DNA of 63,589 bases, the filler included, from an uncultured bacterium (lineage in GTDB: Bacteria > CAZDME01 > JAYEMH01): the NCBI GenBank assembly GCA_964506785.1. It is 3 parts of 3 records of this genome, joined end to end, with 100 filler letters (N's around TTAATTAATTAA, not from the genome) between each part and the next. Parts side by side here need not be neighbours in the genome. Positions count along the whole stretch, not along the records: positions 21,874 to 43,645 come from CAZDME010000018.1; 2 more parts are not named here. The stretch is one strand, 5' to 3'. Positions 21,936 through 31,581 of this stretch are shown piece by piece (the first letter of the stretch is position 1; each line of letters starts with the position of its first letter). The notes beneath the pieces are model-generated. The model had not been told where the DNA came from, did not search any database, and saw nothing but the letters and a program-made list of their open reading frames with translations. Position numbers and translations under genes: made by a program.

Positions 21936-22580
21936 ATGGACGAAGATCAACTTGCCCGTTTAAACATGGTTCAGGAGCAGATTATCCGCCGGGGGGTAAC
22001 GGATTCTAAAGTTATAAATGCCATGAAGAAGGTTCCCCGTCATAAATTTGTCCCCGGGGAATTTTTAACGGCGGGTTATGCGGATTATCCCTCACCCATT
22101 GGTGAGGGGCAGACCATTTCCCAGCCCTATATGGTTGCCTTAATGAGTCAATGTCTGGCTTTGAAAGGAGGGGAAAAGGTTCTCGAAATAGGCTTGGGCT
22201 CAGGTTATCAGGCGGCCGTTCTGGCTGAAATTGCCCGGGAGGTTTATAGTCTCGAGAGATTTCCTGGGTTAGTCCAGAAAGCGAAGGAAATTTTTGACGA
22301 ACTTGGCTATGTTAACGTCAACATTAAAGTTGGCGATGGAACCTTAGGCTGGAGTGAAGTCTCTCCTTTCGACGGGATTATTGTTACCGCCGGGGCTCCT
22401 GATATTCCTCCTCCGTTAATCAGACAGTTATCTGAAGGGGGAAGATTGGTAATTCCTCTTGGCGGAAGATTTATGCAAACCCTGGCGGTTTTTAGAAAAA
22501 AAGGGAAGAGGCTCGAGCGAAAAGATATTTGTGGTTGCGTATTTGTTCCCTTAATTGGCAAAGAAGGCTGGAAGGATTAA
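21936..22580 (+). CDS. pcm: protein-L-isoaspartate O-methyltransferase
   Basis: VPRHKFV, GQTISQPYMVA, VLEIGxGSGYQAA, FVPLIG. Confidence 0.97.
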   Translation: MDEDQLARLNMVQEQIIRRGVTDSKVINAMKKVPRHKFVPGEFLTAGYADYPSPIGEGQTISQPYMVALMSQCLALKGGEKVLEIGLGSGYQAAVLAEIAREVYSLERFPGLVQKAKEIFDELGYVNVNIKVGDGTLGWSEVSPFDGIIVTAGAPDIPPPLIRQLSEGGRLVIPLGGRFMQTLAVFRKKGKRLERKDICGCVFVPLIGKEGWKD

Positions 22581-22581
22581 A

Positions 22582-23079
22582 ATGACCGAGGGTTTTATGG
22601 ACGTTTTTAGAGGATGTTCAAAGGAATTATTGACTGTTTTTATTGCCAGTCTTCCGATATCTGAGCTGAGAGGGGCAATTCCTTTTGCTCTGGGAATGAA
22701 GATTCCTATTTTAAAAGCTTATTTTCTGGCTGTTTTCGGCAATTTCATTCCGGTTATTCCTTTGCTTCTTTTTTTCGGTAAAGCCGTTGGAATTTTAGAA
22801 AGGGCTGCCTGGGGGAAGAAATTTTTAAAATGGCTTTTTAACAGGACTCGCAGCCGGAGCCGGATTGTTCAAAGATTTGAAATTATCGGTCTGACTTTAT
22901 TTGTGGCCATTCCTTTGCCGATTACCGGGGCATGGACGGGAACAGTGGCCGCTTTTCTTTTCGGGATAAAATTCCGTTACGCCTTACTGGCGATTACTTT
23001 AGGGATTTTAATTGCCGGAGGGATTGTTACTTTGGTTAGTCTAGGCGGGATTGAATTTTTAAGATTTGTGCTTAAGTAG
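22582..23079 (+). CDS. small multi-drug export family membrane protein (COG2426)
   Basis: LPISELRGAIP and FVAIPLPITGAWTG. Confidence 0.9.
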   Translation: MTEGFMDVFRGCSKELLTVFIASLPISELRGAIPFALGMKIPILKAYFLAVFGNFIPVIPLLLFFGKAVGILERAAWGKKFLKWLFNRTRSRSRIVQRFEIIGLTLFVAIPLPITGAWTGTVAAFLFGIKFRYALLAITLGILIAGGIVTLVSLGGIEFLRFVLK

Positions 23080-23125
23080 TAAATCTTTGTTTTCTGTTTT
23101 TTATTTTCTGATATCTGAAAAAAAT

Positions 23126-23203
23126 CGGGGTGTAGCGCAGCCCGGCTAGCGCGCACGGTTCGGGTCCGTGAGGTCAGGAGTTCAAATCTCCTCACCCCGA
23201 CCA
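23126..23203 (+). tRNA. tRNA-Pro(CGG)
   Basis: CGGGGTG acceptor stem, CACGG-TTCGGGT-CCGTG anticodon arm, TTCAAAT T-loop, encoded CCA. Confidence 0.97.
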
Positions 23204-23231
23204 GTTTTGTATTTTTAATTTTCATCTTTCG

Positions 23232-23528
23232 ATGAGGGGCCTTCAAGTGATCGAGATTTGTCGCCTGCATCTTTTTTTTGAAGGGACGGTGCAGGGAGTG
23301 GGTTTTAGATTTTACACCGAAAGGGCTGCCCGCCGTCTTGATATCGCTGGTTTTGTCAGGAATCTGCCAAACGGCGCCGTTGAGGTAGTTGCCGAGGGCA
23401 AGCGGAAAATTCTTGATGAATTTTTAAGTGCGATACAAACCGGTAATTTAAGCGGATATATTACCGGAACAGAAAAAATATGGGAGCCTCCAACCGGCGA
23501 ATTCAATGATTTTGGAGTTAGATTTTGA
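23232..23528 (+). CDS. acyP: acylphosphatase
   Basis: GTVQGVGFR and GFVRNLPNGAVE. Confidence 0.95.
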   Translation: MRGLQVIEICRLHLFFEGTVQGVGFRFYTERAARRLDIAGFVRNLPNGAVEVVAEGKRKILDEFLSAIQTGNLSGYITGTEKIWEPPTGEFNDFGVRF

Positions 23529-23529
23529 A

Positions 23530-23627
23530 AGAAGACAGAAAACAGATAACCGAAAACAGATTTTGCTTTTTGTCTTGGATATTTGATATTGCTGTCTGAT
23601 TTTTGTCTTCTGATTTCTGTCATCGGA
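23530..23627. repeat. inverted pair of 7-nt periodic arrays (CAGAARA / TCTGATT)
   Basis: AGAAGACAGAAAACAGATAACCGAAAACAGA ... TCTGATTTTTGTCTTCTGATTTCTGTCATCGG. Confidence 0.7.
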
Positions 23628-23636
23628 TTTTTAAAA

Positions 23637-24362
23637 ATGCGCTATGGTTTATTCGGTGACATCCACGGCAATTTAGAGGCCTTTGAAGCCGTGCTTGAAG
23701 ATTTAAGGCGGCAGGGTATTGATCGACTCTTCTCACTCGGCGATATTGTTGGCTATGGCCCAGACCCCAACAGTTGTGTCGAAGTAATCCGAAAATTATC
23801 TATTCCTTCCGTCAGCGGCAATCATGATTGGGCCTCGGTTGGGAGAAGTGATTTAGATTATTTTAATCCCCGGGCTAAAGAAGCCATCCTCTGGACGAAA
23901 AAGGTCTTAACTGAAGAGAATAAGGCGTATTTAAAGCGACTTCCTCTTATAATCGAAGGAAATAATTTTCAGCTAGTCCACGGAAGCCTAAAAAAACCCG
24001 CCGATTGGTTTTATATCTTGAATTTTCAAGAGGCAGAAAATATTTTTGCTTTAATGGAGAAACCGCTCCTTTTTGCAGGGCATTCCCATGTACCAATTGT
24101 TTTTTGTAAAACCGAAGGGAAAATTAGCTGCATTTCAGATTCCCGCCTTAATCTTAAAGAGGAAGCGAAATATATTATTAATGCGGGAAGTGTCGGGCAG
24201 CCCCGGGACGGTGATTCTCGTTCAAGTTATGTAATATTCGATGAGGGAAAAAGAGAAATTATCTATAAGAGGGTAAAATACCCGATTGCCAAGGTTCAAA
24301 GAAAAATTAGAAAAGCGGGTCTGCCCGAAATAGAAGCGGCCCGGTTATCGGCTGGCCGGTAA
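23637..24362 (+). CDS. calcineurin-like metallophosphoesterase
   Basis: DIHGN, GDIVGYG, GNHD, VHGS, GHSH, NAGSVGQPRD. Confidence 0.93.
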   Translation: MRYGLFGDIHGNLEAFEAVLEDLRRQGIDRLFSLGDIVGYGPDPNSCVEVIRKLSIPSVSGNHDWASVGRSDLDYFNPRAKEAILWTKKVLTEENKAYLKRLPLIIEGNNFQLVHGSLKKPADWFYILNFQEAENIFALMEKPLLFAGHSHVPIVFCKTEGKISCISDSRLNLKEEAKYIINAGSVGQPRDGDSRSSYVIFDEGKREIIYKRVKYPIAKVQRKIRKAGLPEIEAARLSAGR

Positions 24363-24389
24363 TTTCTTTATGCAGGGTTGGATTTTTTT

Positions 24390-25283
24390 ATGCAGTCTCA
24401 AATAGCTGATTTTCTTCAATTCTTAAAAGTCGAAAGGAATTTAGCCGATAATACCATCGATGCTTATGGACGGGATTTAAAAAAATTCAGGAATTATTTA
24501 GGATCCCTTAAAAAAAATGAGATTTCCTTGGTTAACTGTCAAGATATTCAAAATTACAGCCGGATTTTATCGTCAAGGCACATTGCCTCTCCGTCTATTG
24601 CCCGAAATTTAGTTTCCATCAAAATGTTTTTCCGCTTCTTATTGAGAGAAGGAACTATTAAAAATGATCCCAGCCAGGATTTAGAATCTCCGTTAATCTT
24701 ATCGAAGTTGCCGGGAGTTCTAACCATTCTGGAGGTAGAGAACCTTCTCAACCAGCCCGTCCTTAAAAACAAATCGGGCTATCGGGACCGGGCGGTAATA
24801 GAACTGCTTTATGCCACCGGGATGCGCGTTTCCGAAATTGTGCGTCTGAAAATTTCCGATTTGAATCTAAAGGTTGGCTATGTTCGCTGTTTTGGGAAGG
24901 GGGAGAAGGAAAGAATCGTTCCCTTGGGTAAAATTGCCGGGGAGGTGTTGGGCAAGTATTTAGACAAGATAAGGCCGGCTTTTCTCAAAAAAGGCCGGAA
25001 AGATTGTTTCTGGCTTTTCATTAATAGCCGGGGCCGGCCTTTTTCTCGGCAGGCAATTTGGAAGATGATAAAGAAGTATGGCAAAGCCGCCCGGTTCAAA
25101 AAAAATATTACCCCGCATACCCTGAGACATTCCTTTGCCACGCATCTCCTTCAAGGAGGAGCAGACCTGCGTTCCGTCCAGGAAATGTTGGGTCATGCCA
25201 ACATCTCCACTACCCAGATTTATACCCATGTAAACAGGGAGAGGCTAAAAGAAGTCCATAAAAAATATCACCCTCGAGGATAG
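24390..25283 (+). CDS. xerD: tyrosine recombinase XerD
   Basis: ELLYATGMRVSE, GKGEKER, HTLRHSFATHLL, LGHANISTTQIY, HPRG. Confidence 0.93.
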   Translation: MQSQIADFLQFLKVERNLADNTIDAYGRDLKKFRNYLGSLKKNEISLVNCQDIQNYSRILSSRHIASPSIARNLVSIKMFFRFLLREGTIKNDPSQDLESPLILSKLPGVLTILEVENLLNQPVLKNKSGYRDRAVIELLYATGMRVSEIVRLKISDLNLKVGYVRCFGKGEKERIVPLGKIAGEVLGKYLDKIRPAFLKKGRKDCFWLFINSRGRPFSRQAIWKMIKKYGKAARFKKNITPHTLRHSFATHLLQGGADLRSVQEMLGHANISTTQIYTHVNRERLKEVHKKYHPRG

Positions 25284-25284
25284 A

Positions 25285-27558
25285 ATGGAAATAATCACCA
25301 CCCATATTAATGCCGATTTTGACGCCTTGGCCTCTGCCGTTGCCGCAAAAAAGCTCTACCCCGGAGCAGAGATAGTTATACCCGGTTCTGCCGAAAAGGC
25401 TGTCCGGGAATTTATAAAAAAATTCGAAAAAAAACTTGGCCTGCTTTCGGAAAAAAAGGTAGATTTCGAAAAAGTCAAACGCTTAATTATCGTTGATACG
25501 CGCCAGGCCGGCCGCCTTGGAAGGCTGGGAGAATTCACTCGAAAAAGGGACGTTGAGCTGCATGTTTACGACCACCATTCTCCCCATCCCGGGGACCTTA
25601 AAGGCAAAATTGATGTCAGGCGCATTACCGGGGCTACGGTAACCATGCTTTTAGAGAAAATTAGAAAAATGAAAATAGTCTTATCTCCGTTTGAAGCGAC
25701 CTTAATGCTTCTGGGCCTTTATCAGGATACCGGCGGATTGATTTATCCGTCGACGACGGCCCAGGATAAAGCGGAGGCTCGATATCTTAAATCTTCCGGG
25801 GCCGATTTAAAAATTATTACCGGTTTTCTTACAAGAAAGTTGACCCGGGAACAAACTGTTCTTTACCGAAGCCTCAAAAAAAATAAGGAAATTTTTTTCT
25901 TTGCTGGGGCAAAAGTGGTTATCGTTGCCGCAACAGCCGGCCGTTACATTCCCGATCTGGCCCGCCTTACCCAGCGCTTGATGGATGAAGAAAAAGCCGA
26001 TGTCGTTTTAAGTTTAGTCGGGATGCAAAAACACCTCCATTTAGTTGCCCGGAGCAAAACTAAAAAACTTAATGTTGAAAGGATAGTCAGCTTCTTTGGC
26101 GGCGGGGGACATCCGACGGCTGCCTATGCCCGTATTCAGGGGATTGACCTGCCAGAGGTCAAGAAAACCCTTTTAAAAATTTTGAGGCAAAGGATAAAAG
26201 AATCTAAGCCGGAAAAGCGGTCGCAGCCGATTTCGGCGCCTAACCTTTCTTCAACTTCCATATCCCATAAAAAGAGAAGAAATTTGAGTAAATTAATGAA
26301 AGATAAATTGCCCGGGCCGATTATGAATCGTCTTGAGGAAATTGGCATAATGGGAACAGAGGGGGGGGTGAGTATTTATGTAGTCGGAGGTTTTGTTCGC
26401 GACCTTCTTCTGGGTTTCCCCAATTATGATTTAGATATTGTCGTTGAAGGTAATGCCATTGCCTTTGCCAGCCGGCTGGCAGAGAAGTGGAAGGCTGGGG
26501 TAAGGAAGCACAAAAAGTTCGGTACGGCCGTTGTTTATTTGCCTGGAGGTTCTAAAATCGATGTGGCCACTGCCCGGACGGAGTATTATCATTATCCGGC
26601 GGCTATGCCTCAGGTCGAAGGCAGCTCCTTAAAGGCTGATTTATACCGCCGGGATTTTACCATTAATGCCATGGCTATTTGTTTGAACAAGGATGAATTC
26701 GGTCTTTTGATAGATATTTTTGGAGGAGAGGCTGATTTAAAAAAGAAACTTGTCAGGTGTCTTCATGATTTAAGTTTTGTTGAAGACCCGACTAGAATTT
26801 TTCGGGCGGTTAGGTTTGAACAGCGTTACGCTTTTAAAATTGACCGTCATACCCAGCACTTAATTCGAACCGCGGTAAACCTTGATATGTTTGACTGGCT
26901 GGCCAATCAGCGGGTCTTGGCCGAGTTAATTTTGATTTTAAGCGAAAAAGAACCTCTTTCGGCCATTAAACGGATGGCTGAGTTTAATGAATTGAGGTTT
27001 ATTCATCCGCGGATAAAATTAACAAAAAATCTAGTTTCTTTATTCAAGAAAGTCAAGGGGGTAATTGTCTGGATGAGGGATATATTCCCTGAGGAAGAAT
27101 TTGCCGCTTGGCTTATTTATCTTTTAGCCCTCCTTGATACTTTGGCCAAGGAAGAAGTTAGAGAAGTCGCGCAGAAATTCGTCATTTCTAAAAATAACGA
27201 AAGACAAGTTATTTTATCTAAAGAATCCGGCCCGCGGATATTAAGTACTTTGCGAAAAAGGAGATTAAAAAATAGCGAGATTTTTTGCCAGCTTATGGGT
27301 TTACCCTTAGAGTTTCTTTTACTCTTATCGGCCAAGGCCGGCTCAAATCGGGTAGGGAAGAGGATAAGGTTTTTTATCGCCAATCTGCGCCGGATAAGGC
27401 CCCTGATTAGAGGAACGGATTTAGCCAAGCTTGGGCTGAAGGAAGGGCCGGTCTATAAAGAAGTTTTTCGGGCTGTTTTATGGGCTAAGCTTGATGGCAG
27501 GCTGAAGACCAAAAAAGAAGAGTTAAGTTTTGTCAAAAAGCAGAAAAGGCTGATTTAG
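25285..27558 (+). CDS. DHH/DHHA1 - class II tRNA nucleotidyltransferase fusion lacking CBS domains
   Basis: THINADFDA, DHH, GGGGH; GGFVRD..DLDI, RRDFTINA, EDPTR. Confidence 0.9.
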   Translation: MEIITTHINADFDALASAVAAKKLYPGAEIVIPGSAEKAVREFIKKFEKKLGLLSEKKVDFEKVKRLIIVDTRQAGRLGRLGEFTRKRDVELHVYDHHSPHPGDLKGKIDVRRITGATVTMLLEKIRKMKIVLSPFEATLMLLGLYQDTGGLIYPSTTAQDKAEARYLKSSGADLKIITGFLTRKLTREQTVLYRSLKKNKEIFFFAGAKVVIVAATAGRYIPDLARLTQRLMDEEKADVVLSLVGMQKHLHLVARSKTKKLNVERIVSFFGGGGHPTAAYARIQGIDLPEVKKTLLKILRQRIKESKPEKRSQPISAPNLSSTSISHKKRRNLSKLMKDKLPGPIMNRLEEIGIMGTEGGVSIYVVGGFVRDLLLGFPNYDLDIVVEGNAIAFASRLAEKWKAGVRKHKKFGTAVVYLPGGSKIDVATARTEYYHYPAAMPQVEGSSLKADLYRRDFTINAMAICLNKDEFGLLIDIFGGEADLKKKLVRCLHDLSFVEDPTRIFRAVRFEQRYAFKIDRHTQHLIRTAVNLDMFDWLANQRVLAELILILSEKEPLSAIKRMAEFNELRFIHPRIKLTKNLVSLFKKVKGVIVWMRDIFPEEEFAAWLIYLLALLDTLAKEEVREVAQKFVISKNNERQVILSKESGPRILSTLRKRRLKNSEIFCQLMGLPLEFLLLLSAKAGSNRVGKRIRFFIANLRRIRPLIRGTDLAKLGLKEGPVYKEVFRAVLWAKLDGRLKTKKEELSFVKKQKRLI

Positions 27559-27696
27559 TTTTTTTGATTCGCTACGCTGGCCGGCCGGAGGCGACTATCG
27601 AGGTTGCCTACCTGAGCAGTTTACGCTATCTTGGCGGCTGTTTTTTATTGACAGTATCGAATTTATATGTTAAATTTAGGCGGGGAAAGCGAAATT

Positions 27697-28008
27697 ATGA
27701 CAGAGAAATCAGGGCAAAAAGAGGCTTGGTCAACGGAAGAAAAAAATGTAGCCGCTTTAGGTTATATACCTGTAGTATGCCTTATAATACTGCTACTGAA
27801 AAAGGACCACCCTTTTATATCCTTTCATGCCAAACAGGGATTAATCATGTGTCTTTGTTTTTTCCTTTTCTGGTATTTACCCGTAGTTGGGGCAGTTTTG
27901 AATTTTTTCCTCGTTGCCCTCATGTTTGTCGGCCTTATTAAGGCCAAAGAAGGGGAGTATTGGAAAGCTCCTTTTCTGGGAAATTTAGCCGCTAAAATCA
28001 AAGTTTGA
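27697..28008 (+). CDS. DUF4870-like membrane protein
   Basis: AALGY...FHAKQG...KAxxGE.W..P.LG; TTGACA-17-TAAATT upstream. Confidence 0.75.
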   Translation: MTEKSGQKEAWSTEEKNVAALGYIPVVCLIILLLKKDHPFISFHAKQGLIMCLCFFLFWYLPVVGAVLNFFLVALMFVGLIKAKEGEYWKAPFLGNLAAKIKV

Positions 28009-29321
28009 TATATCGGGTGGATTTAAAACATTTCCTTTTAGCATTAATCATTATCCCCATTATTCTAACTGGTTGTGAAAACTATTCTTCTAACGGGCTG
28101 ATGCGTACAGAACTTGACAATGGGATGGTAATTCTTACCCGGAGATTTGATAATCTTCCGATAGTGGCCGTAAGTGTCTGGGCAAAGGTAGGCTCGTCTT
28201 ATGAAAAAGAGGGAGAGTATGGTATCTCGCATTTTCTTGAGCACATGCTTTTTCGCCGTGTGCCTGCTTCTGAAAAACAAGGTTCATTACAGACAGAAAT
28301 TGAAGGTTCGGGCGGCTATTTAAACGGTGCCACCGGTAAAGAGATAACCTATTATTTTGCCGTTGTTCCCAAGGATTTTTCTGACGAAGCCCTCAACTTA
28401 CTCCTGGATTTATTTTTAAAGCCTGATTTGAACGAAAAAGATTTTAAAGAAGAAAAAAAGGTGGTTATCGAAGAAATCTCTCGCAAAAACGATAACCCTG
28501 CTGATTTGCTCGACGATGAGCTATATGAAGTTCTTTATTCCGGCCATCCTTACGGGCATCCGGTTTTAGGAGATGTTGAAACGATTAAAACTATGGAACT
28601 TGATTCATTGCGCCGTTACCATGAGGTTTATTATCGCCCGGATAATATGGTGGTGAGCATCGTGGGCGATTTTGCTCCCCGGGCGGTTTTGAAAAAGCTG
28701 AAAGCGGAATTTGATAGATTGCCTAAAAGGGAGAAGATTTTTCCGGCGACTGCCAAGATTAAAAAAGGCGCTAGAAAAAAAACCATTGAGAAGAATGTCA
28801 ATCAGTTGTATTTTTCGTTAGGTTTTGCCGGCCCGGCGGTAAAAAATGAGGATCATTTGGCTTTAGACCTCTTGACTTTCATTTTAGGCCAGGGAGCCAG
28901 TTCAAGATTGGTTGAACGATTGAAAGAGAAAGAAAGATTGGTCAATAGTGTAAGCTCTCAGTTTTTTACCCAGAGGCAATCCGGGCTTTTCAGTATTTAC
29001 GCCCAGTTTTTACCCGAAAATTTAGAAAGGGTAGAGGCAGTTATCTGGGATGAGCTGGAACGGTTAAAGCAGGAGCCGGTTGGTTCTTCTGAGTTGGAGA
29101 AAGCGAAACGGATGATTGAAGCCAATTTTTATTTTCAGCATGAAATCTTTAAAGACCAGGCTTTAGCTCATGCCTATTGGGAGTGTCTGGGAGCGGGAAA
29201 TTATGAAAAGGACCATCTTGATAAGATTAAAAAAATAGATGCTAAAACTCTCAAGAAGGCGGCTTCCGAATATTTAAATTTAGAAAATTCGGCTAACGTA
29301 ATTATTAAACCGCCTTCTTAA
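28005..29321 (+). CDS. M16 zinc peptidase, catalytic subunit (possible lipoprotein)
   Basis: HFLEH (HXXEH) motif; ILTGC lipobox. Confidence 0.92.
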   Translation: MIYRVDLKHFLLALIIIPIILTGCENYSSNGLMRTELDNGMVILTRRFDNLPIVAVSVWAKVGSSYEKEGEYGISHFLEHMLFRRVPASEKQGSLQTEIEGSGGYLNGATGKEITYYFAVVPKDFSDEALNLLLDLFLKPDLNEKDFKEEKKVVIEEISRKNDNPADLLDDELYEVLYSGHPYGHPVLGDVETIKTMELDSLRRYHEVYYRPDNMVVSIVGDFAPRAVLKKLKAEFDRLPKREKIFPATAKIKKGARKKTIEKNVNQLYFSLGFAGPAVKNEDHLALDLLTFILGQGASSRLVERLKEKERLVNSVSSQFFTQRQSGLFSIYAQFLPENLERVEAVIWDELERLKQEPVGSSELEKAKRMIEANFYFQHEIFKDQALAHAYWECLGAGNYEKDHLDKIKKIDAKTLKKAASEYLNLENSANVIIKPPS

Positions 29322-29335
29322 TTCCCGATTTTTTT

Positions 29336-30664
29336 ATGAGAAAAAGAGTTTTTTTCTTTTTTCTTTTCATAATTGTTTTACTTTATGGGCTGATGGTTAT
29401 TTTACCGACTAAAAAATCTACTCCGGCGGTTGAGAAAAAAACCTTAAATAATGGTCTTAAGGTTTTAGTAAAGAGGAATCCTTCTAATGAGATTGTGGCT
29501 ATAGAATTTTTCTTCAAGGGCGGCTCGGCCGTAGAGACTCGGCAGGATTCGGGGCTTACCTATTTAACAGCCAGTCTCTTATTTAAAGGGACAGAGAATA
29601 AGGATTTCACCCGGATTGCTGAAGGATTTGATTCCATAGGAGGGCTTTGGGGGTTATCCGTTGAAAGGGATTTTTCCGAGGTTCACCTGGTTATCCCTAA
29701 GAGAAACTGGGAGGAAGGGTTGAAGCTTTTAGCCGAAGTTCTGATTACTCCCGTATTTGTTGAGGAGGAAATAGACAAGGAGAAAGAATTAATACTTCAG
29801 CAGATTAAAAGCATTGAAGATAACCCCTTTGAGTTCACTTATCGCGAGTTTAATGAGGATATTTATGGTTCCCATCCCTACGCTAAACCGACTTTTGGCT
29901 TTGCTGATACGGTAACGCGGTTTAGCCGCAGCGATATTATTCGGCAGTATAAGCGGTCTTTTTGCGCCCGAAACGCGATTGTTGTCGTTACTGGTAATGT
30001 AGGGCCAAAAGAGGCGATAAAATCAGTTGAAGAAAATTTTAGACGTTTACCGGCCGGCCGGCGGTTAAATATCGATAAACAGCCCGTTCATAGCCGCGGG
30101 AAGAAACAAGTCATAAAGAAACCGGATTTAAAACAAACAATGATGTTTTTAGGATTTAAAGCGCCCTCCGTGAATGATAAGGATTACCCGGCGCTGAAAC
30201 TTCTCAGTGCCTTGATGGGTGAGGGAATGAGTTCCAGGCTTTTTGAAAATATCCGGGATAAAAAGGGGATTGGCTATGCCCTGGGAAGTTTCTATCCCAC
30301 CCGTCTGGATACCAGTCCCTTTGTATTTTTTCTTGGTGTCCAGCCGGAAAGGCTGGGTGAAGCCGAAGCCGCCTTTTGGGAAGAGATTGGAAAAGTAAAG
30401 TTTGACGACATTAGTGAAGAAGAATTCAAAAAGGCAAAAAATTATCTCATTGGGAATTTTTACCTGACTCAACAGAGGAATAAAGACCAAGCCTATTATC
30501 TGGGCTGGTATGAAACCCTGGGTTTAGGGACGGATTTTGATTCGGTCTATTTAGAGAATATTAGAAATTTGGGAATTTCGCGGGTTAAGGCCGCGGCCAG
30601 GAAATATCTGAAAGAAGAAAAGGCAACTCTGGTAATTTTGAGTCCGGGAAAAGTAACTCCCTGA
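29336..30664 (+). CDS. M16 peptidase, non-catalytic partner subunit
   Basis: M16 motifs such as SSRLFENIRDKKGIGY, but HXXEH replaced by YLTAS; N-terminal TM/signal. Confidence 0.9.
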   Translation: MRKRVFFFFLFIIVLLYGLMVILPTKKSTPAVEKKTLNNGLKVLVKRNPSNEIVAIEFFFKGGSAVETRQDSGLTYLTASLLFKGTENKDFTRIAEGFDSIGGLWGLSVERDFSEVHLVIPKRNWEEGLKLLAEVLITPVFVEEEIDKEKELILQQIKSIEDNPFEFTYREFNEDIYGSHPYAKPTFGFADTVTRFSRSDIIRQYKRSFCARNAIVVVTGNVGPKEAIKSVEENFRRLPAGRRLNIDKQPVHSRGKKQVIKKPDLKQTMMFLGFKAPSVNDKDYPALKLLSALMGEGMSSRLFENIRDKKGIGYALGSFYPTRLDTSPFVFFLGVQPERLGEAEAAFWEEIGKVKFDDISEEEFKKAKNYLIGNFYLTQQRNKDQAYYLGWYETLGLGTDFDSVYLENIRNLGISRVKAAARKYLKEEKATLVILSPGKVTP

Positions 30665-30687
30665 GCTGCAGAAGGAAAGCTGAAAGT

Positions 30688-31491
30688 ATGGAACGGGGAC
30701 CAATTGTTGCCGGGCAGTTTTATCCGCGCCGGGCTGATGTTTTAAAAGAAGAAATTGCCAAATGTCTGATTGCGACGAAAGTAAAGAAAGAAGTTAAGGG
30801 AATACTTTTACCGCATGCCGGATATATCTATTCCGGAAAAGTAGCCGGGGCCGTTCTTTCTCAAATAAAAATTCCTGAGACCTTTATTATCCTTGGCCCC
30901 AACCATGCTGGCGTGGGTCATTCCTTTGCTTTATGGCCGGAGGGGAGCTGGCAGACTCCTTTGGGGTCGATAGAAGTCGATAAGGAATTAGCGGAGGCTA
31001 TACTTAAAAGGTCTTCTTTGGTAGAAATAGATTATCAAGCCCATCTTCAGGAGCATTCGTTAGAAGTGCAGTTGCCTTTTATTCAATATTTGGCGCCTTC
31101 AGCGAAAATTGTGCCTCTGGTGGTTAAATATGGGTCGTTTCATCAGTTAAAAAAAATAAGCCAGACTTTGGTAAAGGTCGTTGAATCCGGTAATAAACGG
31201 GTCGTCTTAGTCGCCAGCTCTGATATGACCCATTATCAACCCCGGGAAACAGCCGAAAAACAGGATAAATTGGTTTTAGAACCGTTATTAAAGCTGGAAA
31301 CCAGAAGATTCCTTGATACGGTGATAGAGAACAACATTTCTATGTGTGGGTATATTCCGGCGGCAATAATGATTTTAACCTCTAAAGCCCTGGGGGCAAA
31401 AACGGGAAAGTTGGTTATGTATACCACTTCGGGAGAGGCCAGCGGGGATTATTCTCACGTAGTCGGCTATGCTGGGGTAACGGTTGAATGA
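30688..31491 (+). CDS. amrB: AmmeMemoRadiSam system protein B (MEMO1 family)
   Basis: VAGQFYP, PHAGYIYSG, EHSLEVQLPF, ASSDMTHY, SMCG, VVGY. Confidence 0.92.
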   Translation: MERGPIVAGQFYPRRADVLKEEIAKCLIATKVKKEVKGILLPHAGYIYSGKVAGAVLSQIKIPETFIILGPNHAGVGHSFALWPEGSWQTPLGSIEVDKELAEAILKRSSLVEIDYQAHLQEHSLEVQLPFIQYLAPSAKIVPLVVKYGSFHQLKKISQTLVKVVESGNKRVVLVASSDMTHYQPRETAEKQDKLVLEPLLKLETRRFLDTVIENNISMCGYIPAAIMILTSKALGAKTGKLVMYTTSGEASGDYSHVVGYAGVTVE

Positions 31492-31581
31492 GTCCGTTAT
31501 CCATACTAAAGGTACGACCGCCGATTTTTGCGGGCAAGGAGCTGGGTTGTTTCTAACGGAATTAGAGGGCGCAGGTTTCTA

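Noticed and set aside
24390-25283. Tyrosine recombinase near tRNA-Pro as a prophage or island integrase
   Set aside because: Canonical XerD sequence among housekeeping genes; no att duplication seen
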